Under the pieces are notes generated by a model. That model saw nothing but the letters and a program-made list of their open reading frames with translations. It had not been told where the DNA came from and ran no database searches. This document shows, piece by piece, positions 37,040 through 48,199 of a stretch of 64,000 bases of DNA; positions within the stretch are counted from its first letter, which is position 1; each line of letters opens with the position of its first letter. The translations under genes were made by a program, and so were the position numbers. The stretch is from Candidatus Omnitrophota bacterium (GTDB lineage: Bacteria; Omnitrophota; Gorgyraeia; Gygaellales; Profunditerraquicolaceae): the NCBI GenBank assembly GCA_028715785.1, contig JAQURC010000004.1, forward strand, positions 21,885 to 85,884, read 5' to 3'.

Positions 37040-37140
37040 TCCTTCTATGCAAAAAAATACCCCTGGCTGTGTTTGCCAAGGGTTCATATTTTTTCCCGCT
37101 ATCTTACTCATCTTATTTGCCTTGCCAGCTTCTCTGAGCC
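37040..37140 (-). promoter_or_regulatory. Candidate PyrR-dependent transcription attenuator in the pyrR leader. It comprises a PyrR-binding-loop-like sequence and an intrinsic terminator.
   Basis: On the minus-strand RNA, GCUCAGAGAAGCUGGCAAGG (37121-37140) resembles the PyrR binding loop. It is followed by the hairpin CCCUUGGC-AAACACA-GCCAGGGG and UAUUUUUUU (37051-37082), directly before the pyrR RBS. Confidence 0.5.
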
Positions 37141-37167
37141 GGGCTTAAAGGTCCATTGATTGTCTTA

Positions 37168-37195
37168 AGTATACCACCGGCCATCTCTTTGTCAA
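37168..37195 (-). promoter_or_regulatory. Sigma-70-type promoter for the pyr operon.
   Basis: Minus strand: TTGACA, a 17-nt spacer, then TATACT. It overlaps the 3' end of rsmI. Confidence 0.5.
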
Positions 37196-37197
37196 GA

Positions 37198-37851
37198 CTA
37201 AATTACGATTACGAACTCGCCGCGGGGCTTGCTTTGGGCAAGCTTTTCTTGAATATTTTTGGAACTGGCGCGCAAGACTTCTTCGAATTTCTTGGTTAAT
37301 TCCCGGGCAACCGTAATTTCCTTGTCCCCAAAAACCGTATTTATATCTTCAAGGCTGGCCAAGATCCTGTGGCAGGATTCATAAAAAACCAGGGTGCACC
37401 CAAGTTGCTTTAATTTCTCCAGTTGATTTTTGCGCGCACCGGTCCGGTTAGGCAGAAAACCGGCAAAATAAAATTCATGGCAGGGCTTTCCGGAAAGCAC
37501 CAGGGCATTGACAAAAGCCGCCGGGCCGGGGATAAAAGTCATTTCCAGGCCATTTTTAATCGCCAGGTTAATTAAATTATATCCGGGGTCAAGAATTCCC
37601 GGGGTGCCGGCATCGGAAACCAGGGCGATATCTTTTCCTTCTTTCAGCAACCCGACTAAATAGTCGCCCTTGGTAAACCGGTTGTGCTGAAAAAAACTAG
37701 TAGTGGGAGTTTTAATCCCGTAATGCGCAAGTAAAATTTTAGTGTGCCGCGTGTCTTCACAGGCAATTAAATCTACGCTTTTTAAAACCTCGATTGCCCT
37801 CTGCGTGCAGTCTCCTAAATTGCCGATTGGAGTAGCGACGATATAAAACAT
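37198..37851 (-). CDS. rsmI: 16S rRNA (cytidine1402-2'-O)-methyltransferase RsmI (tetrapyrrole-methylase fold).
   Basis: MFYIVATPIGNLGDCTQRAIEVLKSVDLIACEDTRHT. 217 aa. Confidence 0.8.
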   Translation of the reverse strand: MFYIVATPIGNLGDCTQRAIEVLKSVDLIACEDTRHTKILLAHYGIKTPTTSFFQHNRFTKGDYLVGLLKEGKDIALVSDAGTPGILDPGYNLINLAIKNGLEMTFIPGPAAFVNALVLSGKPCHEFYFAGFLPNRTGARKNQLEKLKQLGCTLVFYESCHRILASLEDINTVFGDKEITVARELTKKFEEVLRASSKNIQEKLAQSKPRGEFVIVI

Positions 37852-39689
37852 TATTCCACGGTTACGGACTTGGCTAAATTACGCGGTTGATCCACGTCGC
37901 AGCCGCGCTTGACGGCAATATGATACGCCAACAACTGCAGCGGCAGGACTACTAAAAGCGGAGAAAATATTTCATCGATCTTGGGGACATAAATTACTTC
38001 ACGGGTTAATTCTTTAATCTCTTTGTCCCCTTCGGTGGCAATAGCAATAATTCTTCCTTTTCGAGAGCGGATCTCCTGAATATTGGAAACCATCTTTTCA
38101 TAAACCTTGGAGCTGGGCGCGATACAAACCACCGCCCGATATTCATCGATTAAGGCAATCGGCCCGTGCTTCATCTCTCCGGCCGCGTATCCTTCTGCCG
38201 GGATATAGGAAATCTCTTTTAATTTCAATGCCCCTTCCAGGGCCGAAGGATAATTTACGTTCCTGCCTAAATATAAAAATGACCCTAAATGCGAATGCCT
38301 GCGGGCAAGGGTAGCAATACTTTTCTGCAATTTTAAAATCTCAACCTGGTATTTGGGAACCTTGCGCAGTTCATCCAGCAATTTTTTAATTTTAGCGGCA
38401 GGCAAAACATCCCTTATTTGCGCCAAATAAAAAGCAAACAAATAAAGCGCGGCCAACTGCGCGGTATAGGCCTTGGTCGAGGCAACTCCGATCTCCGGGC
38501 CCGCGTGGGTGTAAATTATACCGTCGGATTCCCGGGTCAAGGTTGAACCCAAAACATTGCAGATGGAGATTACGCTTGAGCCGCGCCGCTTTGCCTCTCT
38601 TACCCCGGCCAAAGTATCCGCGGTCTCTCCGGACTGGCTTATCGCGATAACCAGCGTCTGCGGCCCGATCAAAAGATCGCGGTACCGGAACTCGCTGGAA
38701 ACATCGATTTGCGTGGAAATTCCGCAGACCGACTCCAGCGCGTATTTGGCGACCAGGCCGGCATGATAGGCTGTGCCGCAAGCAACGATAAAAATATTTT
38801 TTACATCCTTAAACCTGGTTTCCGGGATATTCTGCTCTTTGAAAAATATCTTGCCGGTTTCTTTATCGATGCGGGAATTAATTAAACTTTCCAGGATCCG
38901 GGGCTGCTCATTAATTTCCTTGAGCATAAAATGATCAAACCCGGATTTTTCCGCCTGATCGATATCCCAATTAATACGCGTAGTTTCTTTAAAAATAGTT
39001 TTACCCTCAAGATTACTCACTTTAAAATTATCTTTATCTAAAACTACGATCTCGTTTTCATCAAGAAAAACCACCTCTTTGGTAAAACCTAAAACTGCCG
39101 GGACATCCGAGGCCAGAAAATTCTCCCCCTTACCTACCCCGACGATTAAAGGGCTGCCCAAGCGGGCCCCCACTAATTTATCCGGCTCTCTTGCCGCAAC
39201 TACTCCGATCGCAAAAGAACCTGTCAATAATTTAAGCGCCTTAGCTACCGCCTCTTCAAGCGGAATATTTTTATAAAACTTTTCGATTAAGTGCGCGATT
39301 ACTTCGGTATCTGTCTGGCCGGCAAAAGCATGGCCTTCTTCGATCAGCTGGGCTTTAAGGGATTCATAATTTTCAATGATTCCGTTATGCACAATGGCGA
39401 TCTGGCCGGAACAGTCATGGTGCGGATGGGCGTTAACCTGCGTAGGGGCGCCGTGGGTGGCCCAGCGCGTGTGGGCAATGCCAACTGTGCCGCCAAGCGG
39501 TTTATTTTTAACTAATTTTTCTAATACGCTGATTTTTCCGGGGGATTTTCTTATGCCGATATTATTTTTTTTGGGAAGGATTACGGCTATGCCGCTGGAA
39601 TCGTAGCCGCGGTACTCTAGACGTTTTAACCCGGCTAAAAGAATAGGCTGTACCTCTTTATCACCGATATATCCGACTATGCCACACAT
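37851..39689 (-). CDS. glmS: Glutamine--fructose-6-phosphate aminotransferase.
   Basis: N-terminal MCGIVGY with the catalytic Cys, two SIS domains and the C-terminal KSVTVE. Confidence 0.9.
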   Translation of the reverse strand: MCGIVGYIGDKEVQPILLAGLKRLEYRGYDSSGIAVILPKKNNIGIRKSPGKISVLEKLVKNKPLGGTVGIAHTRWATHGAPTQVNAHPHHDCSGQIAIVHNGIIENYESLKAQLIEEGHAFAGQTDTEVIAHLIEKFYKNIPLEEAVAKALKLLTGSFAIGVVAAREPDKLVGARLGSPLIVGVGKGENFLASDVPAVLGFTKEVVFLDENEIVVLDKDNFKVSNLEGKTIFKETTRINWDIDQAEKSGFDHFMLKEINEQPRILESLINSRIDKETGKIFFKEQNIPETRFKDVKNIFIVACGTAYHAGLVAKYALESVCGISTQIDVSSEFRYRDLLIGPQTLVIAISQSGETADTLAGVREAKRRGSSVISICNVLGSTLTRESDGIIYTHAGPEIGVASTKAYTAQLAALYLFAFYLAQIRDVLPAAKIKKLLDELRKVPKYQVEILKLQKSIATLARRHSHLGSFLYLGRNVNYPSALEGALKLKEISYIPAEGYAAGEMKHGPIALIDEYRAVVCIAPSSKVYEKMVSNIQEIRSRKGRIIAIATEGDKEIKELTREVIYVPKIDEIFSPLLVVLPLQLLAYHIAVKRGCDVDQPRNLAKSVTVE

Positions 39690-39713
39690 CGAACACTCTC
39701 CTGGCCTATTTAA

Positions 39714-39788
39714 TGACCCTGACGGGATTTGAACCCGTGTCGAGAGCTTGAAAAGCTCTTGTCCTGGACCAGGCTAGACGACAGGGTC
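39714..39788 (-). tRNA. tRNA-Glu (anticodon TTC), CCA not encoded.
   Basis: Reverse complement: GACCCTGTCGTCTAGCCTGGTCCAGGACAAGAGCTTTTCAAGCTCTCGACACGGGTTCAAATCCCGTCAGGGTCA. The anticodon loop is UUUUCAA. Confidence 0.8.
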
Positions 39789-39795
39789 TTTAGCC

Positions 39796-42228
39796 TTATT
39801 CGTTTTCTTCGGCAATGACCGGGGCAACGCAGGAAACCCGGTCTTTGTCCTGCAACTTAATCAAGCGCACGCCTTGGGATGAACGGCCGGTTTCACGGAT
39901 ATCTTTGATCGCGCAGCGTAAAAATATCCCGTTCTGGGTAATAACCATGAGTTCATCTTTATCATTTACGGTTTTTAAATTTACCGCATGGCCATTCTTA
40001 TCCGTAACCTTGATATTAATCACCCCTTTGCCGCCGCGGCTGGTTAACCGGTATTCATCGATGGTCGTGCGTTTTGCAAACCCTAACTCCGTAACCGTTA
40101 AGATCGTTGAAGCCTTTTGCGGGACCACCATATCGATAACTTCATCTTTTTTGGACAGAGATATCGCCCGCACCCCATGGGCGCCCCGGCCCATTTCGCG
40201 CACCTTATCCTCGGAAAACCTGATTGCCTTGCCCTGTTTGGTCCCGATAAGCAATTCCTGTTTTCCGTCGGTCATCTCCACGCCGATTAACACATCGTCC
40301 TTGTCTAAAGTAATCCCGATAATCCCGCCTTTGCGCGGGTTACCGTAAGCTTCAAGTTTAGTTTTTTTGATTTGGCCTAATTTAGTGACCATGACTAAAT
40401 ATTTATCCGCGGAAAATTCTTTTACCGGAATAGTCGAGCTGACCTTGGCCGACTGCTCCATTTGCACAAGATTAATAATCGCCTTGCCTTTAGATATGCG
40501 GCTGGCCTGAGGAATTTCATAAACCTTCAGCCAGTGCACCTGCCCTTTATCGGTAAAAATCAACAAGTAATCTTTGGTGGAAGCGACAAAAAGATGCTCG
40601 CTAAAATCCTCTTCTTTTAATTCCGCTCCGGTTGCCCCGGTGCCGCCGCGTTTTTGCTTACGGTAGGCGCTTACCGGCAGGCGCTTAATATAACCGCTAT
40701 GGCTGATAGTTACAACCACGTCCTCTTCGGCAATTAAATCCTCGACCTCCAGATCTTCGGCTTCCCCGACAATATCCGTGCGGCGGCTGTCGCCATATTT
40801 CTTCTTTAATTCTTCCAGTTCTTCTTTAATGATCGCTTCGATCTTTTTTAGTGAGCCGAGGATCGCCCGGCATTCTTCGATTTTCTTTAAAAGTTCCGCG
40901 TACTCGGCGTCAATTTTATCGCGCTCAAGAGCGGTCAGGCGCTGCAGCTGCATTTCTAGAATTGCCTGGGATTGAATCTCAGAGAGCTCAAACTCTTTCA
41001 TTAAATTTAATTTGGCGCTCTCTACGCTTTTGGAGGTCTTGATAACCCTGATAATCCGGTCGATAAATTTAAGCGCGATTTTCAAGCCTTCTAAAATATG
41101 CGCGCGTTTTAAAGCTTTGTCTAACTCAAACTGCGTGCGCCTGCGGATAACTACTTTGCGGTGCTCGATATAACAATCCAACACCTGGCGCAAACTTAAA
41201 ACCTTGGGACGGTTATCAACTAAGGCTAACATAATAATACCAAAGGTGTTTTCCAGCTGAGTATGCTTAAAAAGCTGGTTTAAAACAATCTGAGACTCGG
41301 TGTCGCGCTTAAGCTCAACGACAATGCGCATGCCTTCTTTATCCGATTCATCGCGAATATCGGAAATGCCTTCGATCTTTTTCTCATCAACTAAACCGGC
41401 GATTGACTCGATCAGGGCTGACTTTTGCACCTGATAGGGAATCTCGGTAAAAATAATCAAGTCTTTGCCGTTCTTCTGGTGCTCCACAGTGGCCTTGGCC
41501 CGCACTACAAGCCTGCCTCTTCCTGTAGTATACGCATCCTTAATTCCACCCTTGCCGCAAATTAAACCGCCGGTGGGGAAATCCGGCCCCTTAATATAGT
41601 GCATCAAATCTTTAATTTCCGCTTCGGGATGGTCAAGGATATGAATAATCGCGTCGCAAACTTCGTTTAAATTATGCGGCGGAATATTGGTGGCCATGCC
41701 TACGGCAATGCCGCTTGAACCGTTAACCAAAAGGTTGGGCAGGGTCGCCGGTAACAACAACGGCTCCTTTAAGGAAGAATCGAAGTTGGGCCCAAAATTT
41801 ACGGTTTCTTTTTCAATATCATCCAACATTTCATCGCTGACTGCTGCCAGGCGGGCCTCGGTATAACGCATCGCCGCGGCGGCGTCACCGTCCACTGATC
41901 CAAAGTTTCCCTGGCCGTCAACTAAAGGGTAACGCAAAGAAAAATCCTGCGCCATCCTGACCAGCGTGTCGTAAATCGCCACGTCTCCGTGCGGATGGTA
42001 CTTACCCATGGTTTCACCGACGATACGGGCGCATTTTTTGTAGGGCTTGGAATGTTCCAGGTTAAGTTCGCGCATGGCGTAAAGGATGCGCCGGTGCACG
42101 GGCTTTAAGCCATCGCGGACATCCGGCAGGGCCCGGCCGACAATTACGCTCATGGCGTAATTTAAATAGGAGTCCTTGACCTCATCCTCGATATAAACCT
42201 GAATTATTTTGTCGTTGCGCGTATACAT
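39796..42228 (-). CDS. gyrA: DNA gyrase subunit A.
   Basis: Active-site Tyr region AAMRYTE, the QRDR-like segment and C-terminal beta-pinwheel repeats. 810 aa. Confidence 0.9.
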   Translation of the reverse strand: MYTRNDKIIQVYIEDEVKDSYLNYAMSVIVGRALPDVRDGLKPVHRRILYAMRELNLEHSKPYKKCARIVGETMGKYHPHGDVAIYDTLVRMAQDFSLRYPLVDGQGNFGSVDGDAAAAMRYTEARLAAVSDEMLDDIEKETVNFGPNFDSSLKEPLLLPATLPNLLVNGSSGIAVGMATNIPPHNLNEVCDAIIHILDHPEAEIKDLMHYIKGPDFPTGGLICGKGGIKDAYTTGRGRLVVRAKATVEHQKNGKDLIIFTEIPYQVQKSALIESIAGLVDEKKIEGISDIRDESDKEGMRIVVELKRDTESQIVLNQLFKHTQLENTFGIIMLALVDNRPKVLSLRQVLDCYIEHRKVVIRRRTQFELDKALKRAHILEGLKIALKFIDRIIRVIKTSKSVESAKLNLMKEFELSEIQSQAILEMQLQRLTALERDKIDAEYAELLKKIEECRAILGSLKKIEAIIKEELEELKKKYGDSRRTDIVGEAEDLEVEDLIAEEDVVVTISHSGYIKRLPVSAYRKQKRGGTGATGAELKEEDFSEHLFVASTKDYLLIFTDKGQVHWLKVYEIPQASRISKGKAIINLVQMEQSAKVSSTIPVKEFSADKYLVMVTKLGQIKKTKLEAYGNPRKGGIIGITLDKDDVLIGVEMTDGKQELLIGTKQGKAIRFSEDKVREMGRGAHGVRAISLSKKDEVIDMVVPQKASTILTVTELGFAKRTTIDEYRLTSRGGKGVINIKVTDKNGHAVNLKTVNDKDELMVITQNGIFLRCAIKDIRETGRSSQGVRLIKLQDKDRVSCVAPVIAEENE

Positions 42229-42230
42229 AA

Positions 42231-44672
<2,442 letters not shown>

Positions 44673-44957
44673 TTAAATTTCTCCGATACGGAAAATTATA
44701 TTTTTTAATCCCGGGTTTTCTTTTTTTAACTTACCCAGCAGCTCTTCTTTCTTTAAACTTAAAATATACAGCCAAGAGGAAGAATCCACGCTTAAACCCA
44801 AAACACCCTTGCTGAAATATTTAACTTTTATATGCCCCAACTCTTTCTTTGTCAAGGCTTTTTTTAACCACTGCTGCGGCTGGGCATCCGCCAAAACACC
44901 TTTTTTGGCGCTTAAGCCCCGCATAAGTTCATCCAGCGTATTTTTTAAAAGTTCCAT
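44673..44957 (-). CDS. DUF721 (DciA-like) protein.
   Basis: 94 aa. SSSWLYILSLKKEELLGKL matches the DUF721 C-terminal pattern. It sits between dnaN and gyrB, in the usual recF position. Confidence 0.55.
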   Translation of the reverse strand: MELLKNTLDELMRGLSAKKGVLADAQPQQWLKKALTKKELGHIKVKYFSKGVLGLSVDSSSWLYILSLKKEELLGKLKKENPGLKNIIFRIGEI

Positions 44958-44961
44958 ATTA

Positions 44962-46056
44962 CTAGTTAAGGCGCATGGGTAAAACTATGTAAACATAACC
45001 GCTGATCCGGATAACCCCGGGTTTTTCTGTATCCGTTAACTCTAAACCAATTACTTCTTCGTTCAAATTCTTCAAAACATCCATTAAATATACCGGGTTA
45101 AAACCAATCACCAGCTCCCTGCCCTGATATTCTACCGCCAATTCTTCATGAAACTCGCCGACATCGGGAGTAGACTTGGAAATTACCAGTTTATTCTTAA
45201 AAACCTCGAATTTTACCGCCTGATAATCCGGCGTTGCCAAAAGCGCGGCTCTTTTTATCGCCAATAAAAACTGGTTACGCTGCACCTTCATTTTATTTTC
45301 AGATACCGCGGGAACAACTTGTTTGTAATCGGGAAATTCCCCTTCGATTAAACGAGATACAACCGCCACGCCGCCTAAATCGAACAAGGCCTGATTACTG
45401 CTAATCACCAAAGATAATTCTCCCTCATCTTTCAGGTTACGGTTTAATTCCTGTATTGTTTTAATCGGGACAACCATGCTTACTTCAGCTTCGGGCTCGG
45501 CTGTGGTTAGTTTTCTCTCCGCAACCGCCAATCTCTTGCCATCGGTAGCCACCAAGGTTAACACCCCTTTACTAATCTTAAAAAGAATACCGTTTAAAAC
45601 ATAGCGGGTTTCATCAAAAGACACCGCAAATGCGGTTAACGATAATATTTCTTTTAAAACCCCTTGATTAATTTTAATAGCTTTCTTGTCTTTGAACTCA
45701 GGTAGTTTTGGAAACTCTTCTTTGGCCAATCCCATAATCTTAAATTGGCACATATCCGAATCAACGAGAACCTGATTGTTTTTTTTGGTGCCAACATTAA
45801 TAATATCCGAAGGGAACTCTTTAATTATATCGCTAAACCTCTTAGCCGGAATCGTGATTGCTCCCGGTTCCTGCATATCCACAGGGATTACACAGGTTAT
45901 CCCGATATCTAAATCCGTTGCTGTTAATTTTACCATCCCTAACTGGACATCAATTAAGATATTAGAAAGGATGGGTAATGCGGATTTGGTGGTAATTATG
46001 TTTTGTACGGCTTGAATTGCGTTAACCAGGTTTGTTTTTTCGACTTTAAATTTCAT
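44962..46056 (-). CDS. dnaN: DNA polymerase III beta sliding clamp.
   Basis: MKFKVEKTNLVNAIQAVQNIITTKSALPILSNILI, three-domain beta clamp. 364 aa. Confidence 0.9.
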   Translation of the reverse strand: MKFKVEKTNLVNAIQAVQNIITTKSALPILSNILIDVQLGMVKLTATDLDIGITCVIPVDMQEPGAITIPAKRFSDIIKEFPSDIINVGTKKNNQVLVDSDMCQFKIMGLAKEEFPKLPEFKDKKAIKINQGVLKEILSLTAFAVSFDETRYVLNGILFKISKGVLTLVATDGKRLAVAERKLTTAEPEAEVSMVVPIKTIQELNRNLKDEGELSLVISSNQALFDLGGVAVVSRLIEGEFPDYKQVVPAVSENKMKVQRNQFLLAIKRAALLATPDYQAVKFEVFKNKLVISKSTPDVGEFHEELAVEYQGRELVIGFNPVYLMDVLKNLNEEVIGLELTDTEKPGVIRISGYVYIVLPMRLN

Positions 46057-46197
46057 TTTAGGCTCCCCTTTTATTTATATATATTTAAAAACTTAAAATA
46101 ACAGTAGTCATAAAGGGCCCGCATGTTTGTTTACAAAGACTTAACTTGTTGCAATATGTCTAATTATAACAAATATTGTAATCTAATAACCTGGGGA

Positions 46198-47535
46198 TCA
46201 CTGTTTAATAACTTGAATAATTTTTTCCACCCGGGTCTTTAATTCCGGGTTACGGTGTATGTCTTCCTTGAGTTTATTATAAGAATGTAAAACTGTTGTG
46301 TGGTCCTTGCCGCCAAAAAGCTCTCCAATCTCCGGCAGAGACAGATCAGTCAACTCCCTGCTTAGATACATCGCGATTTGTCTTGGGAACACGACTTGTT
46401 TATTGCGCCGCTTGGTTTTAAGGTCTTGCAGGGAAATCCCGAATTCTTCAACCACGCAGCGCTGGATAAAATCCACCGTGATTAATTTTGTCGGCTCCTT
46501 GAGCAGGTCTTTTAAAACATCTTTAGTTAATTGCAGGGTAATCGGGGCCTCCTCCAGTAAAGAATAAGCAATGGTCCTGACCAAAGCCCCTTCTAGTTCG
46601 CGGATGTTAGTCTTGATTAATTGGGCGATAAAAAAAATTACTTCATCGGGGACATTAACCGGTTCGCGCTCAATTTTTTTCTTAAGGATGGCCACGCGGG
46701 TTTCTAAATCCGGAGGCTGGATATCGGTGGCCAGCCCCCAGCCGAACCGTGAAACCAGCCTTTCCTGTAAATTGGTAATTTCTTTGGGGGGCCGGTCCGA
46801 AGAAAACACGATCTGTTTGTGCGCATCATATAAAGTATTAAAAGTGTGAAAAAATTCTTCCTGGGTCGATTCCTTTCCGGCGATAAAGTGGATATCGTCG
46901 ATAACCAAAACATCGAGATTGCGGTATTTTTGGCGGAAGGCCGCGGTGGAACGGTGGACGATAGCGTCGATCAGTTCGTTGGTAAATTTTTCACTTGAGA
47001 CATAGCATATTTTTACGCCCGCTGGATTACTGTTTTTTATTTGATGGCAGATCGCCTGGATCAGGTGGGTTTTGCCCAGCCCCACCCCGCCGTAAATAAA
47101 TAGCGGGTTATATGTTTTGGCCGGTGAATTGGCCACTGCCAGCGAATAAGCGTGCGCATGCCGGTTGGACGGACCCACCACAAAATTTTCAAATGTATAA
47201 CGCGAATTAAGATTGATAAATCCGGCAGCCGGAGCGGTTTTAATATTTGCTTCGGGATAAGAATGAACAGCGCTTAAATCTTCCTGCACACTGCTAACAA
47301 CCAGCCTTACTAACAGATTATCCAGTCCTTTATGTTTTAAGGTTTCCAGAATAAGGTTGAGATAATGTTTTTCTACCCAATCTTTGAAAAACTGATCCGG
47401 CGCCTCCAGGTTGATACTTTGGTTATCCTGGATAGAAAGCCTCAATGGCGCTATCCAGGTAGCGTAGATAGTTTCTCCTAAGCTGGCCTTTAAATCTCTT
47501 TGCGTTTCTTCCCAATTTTTAGTAAGCTCGAACAT
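46198..47535 (-). CDS. dnaA: Chromosomal replication initiator DnaA.
   Basis: AAA+ Walker A GGVGLGKTHL, sensor motifs and the C-terminal DnaA-box-binding domain with RDHTTV. Confidence 0.9.
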   Translation of the reverse strand: MFELTKNWEETQRDLKASLGETIYATWIAPLRLSIQDNQSINLEAPDQFFKDWVEKHYLNLILETLKHKGLDNLLVRLVVSSVQEDLSAVHSYPEANIKTAPAAGFINLNSRYTFENFVVGPSNRHAHAYSLAVANSPAKTYNPLFIYGGVGLGKTHLIQAICHQIKNSNPAGVKICYVSSEKFTNELIDAIVHRSTAAFRQKYRNLDVLVIDDIHFIAGKESTQEEFFHTFNTLYDAHKQIVFSSDRPPKEITNLQERLVSRFGWGLATDIQPPDLETRVAILKKKIEREPVNVPDEVIFFIAQLIKTNIRELEGALVRTIAYSLLEEAPITLQLTKDVLKDLLKEPTKLITVDFIQRCVVEEFGISLQDLKTKRRNKQVVFPRQIAMYLSRELTDLSLPEIGELFGGKDHTTVLHSYNKLKEDIHRNPELKTRVEKIIQVIKQ

Positions 47536-47842
47536 GATTTTCTGACGGGGATCTACAGAGTTAACAGTTTATGCACAACTTGCATAAATCTGTGGATAAA
47601 ACAGGCGACCCGATTTTCTCTAAACAGAGTTATTATAACAGAGAGCAAACTCCTTGCAAGAAAAAAAGATAAACGTGAGTTATTATACAACAATATGTTG
47701 AAGCGTCAATAAAAAACTTGACCTCCAAATAAATCTATGTTACAATTCACAAAAATCAAGAAGATCGCTTTCATAAATTGCGGCTGATTTTCCAAGCCCC
47801 GTGTTTTCCATGAAAACAGGGGGCAAAAAAAGGAGATCCTGA
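47536..47842. other. Putative oriC in the dnaA-rpmH intergenic spacer, which also holds the divergent promoters. A consensus DnaA box TGTGGATAA lies at 47591-47599 and a 1-mismatch box TTATGCACA at 47569-47577. AT-rich stretches flank them.
   Basis: Gene orientation flips exactly here. A perfect 9-mer DnaA box is present, and the spacer lies between dnaA and rpmH as in many bacteria. Confidence 0.55.
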
Positions 47843-47980
47843 ATGAAAAAAAATTTAAAGACACCCACAAATATTGTCGGTAAAAAACGCCACGGGTTCC
47901 GCAGTAAAATGGCTTCTAAATCCGGACGTAAACTTTTGGCCCGTCGACGGAGCAAGGGCAGAAAACGACTTTGCATTTAA
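47843..47980 (+). CDS. rpmH: 50S ribosomal protein L34.
   Basis: [45 protein letters not shown], with SD AGGAG 7 nt upstream. 45 aa, below the ORF-track cutoff. Confidence 0.9.
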   Translation: MKKNLKTPTNIVGKKRHGFRSKMASKSGRKLLARRRSKGRKRLCI

Positions 47981-48195
47981 AAGTAAACCGCCCGGTGCTT
48001 GCGTTAATAGCGCTATACCAGGGATATGTAAGGCCGGCTATTCCGGCATGTTGCCGTTTTGAACCCAGCTGTTCCGAGTACGCAAAACAGGCAATTTTAA
48101 AATACGGATTAACTAAAGGAGTATTTAAGGGGCTAATCAGGATATTGCGCTGCCATCCTTTTTCCGGGCGGTCGGGTTATGACCCCTTAATATAA
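47971..48195 (+). CDS. yidD: Membrane protein insertion efficiency factor YidD.
   Basis: [57 protein letters not shown]. The ORF as drawn begins at TTG and overlaps the rpmH end; the true start may be the downstream GTG. Confidence 0.8.
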   Translation: MHLKVNRPVLALIALYQGYVRPAIPACCRFEPSCSEYAKQAILKYGLTKGVFKGLIRILRCHPFSGRSGYDPLI

Positions 48196-48199
48196 AACT

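Noticed and set aside
46057-46197. DnaA boxes in the dnaN-dnaA spacer.
   Set aside because: Only degenerate matches with 2 or more mismatches were seen. The region is AT-rich and more likely a promoter or unwinding element than a DnaA-box cluster.
47740-48062. ORFs 47740..47976 (-) and 47874..48062 (+) in the origin region.
   Set aside because: They overlap the strongly supported rpmH and yidD genes in other frames or strands and have no motifs.
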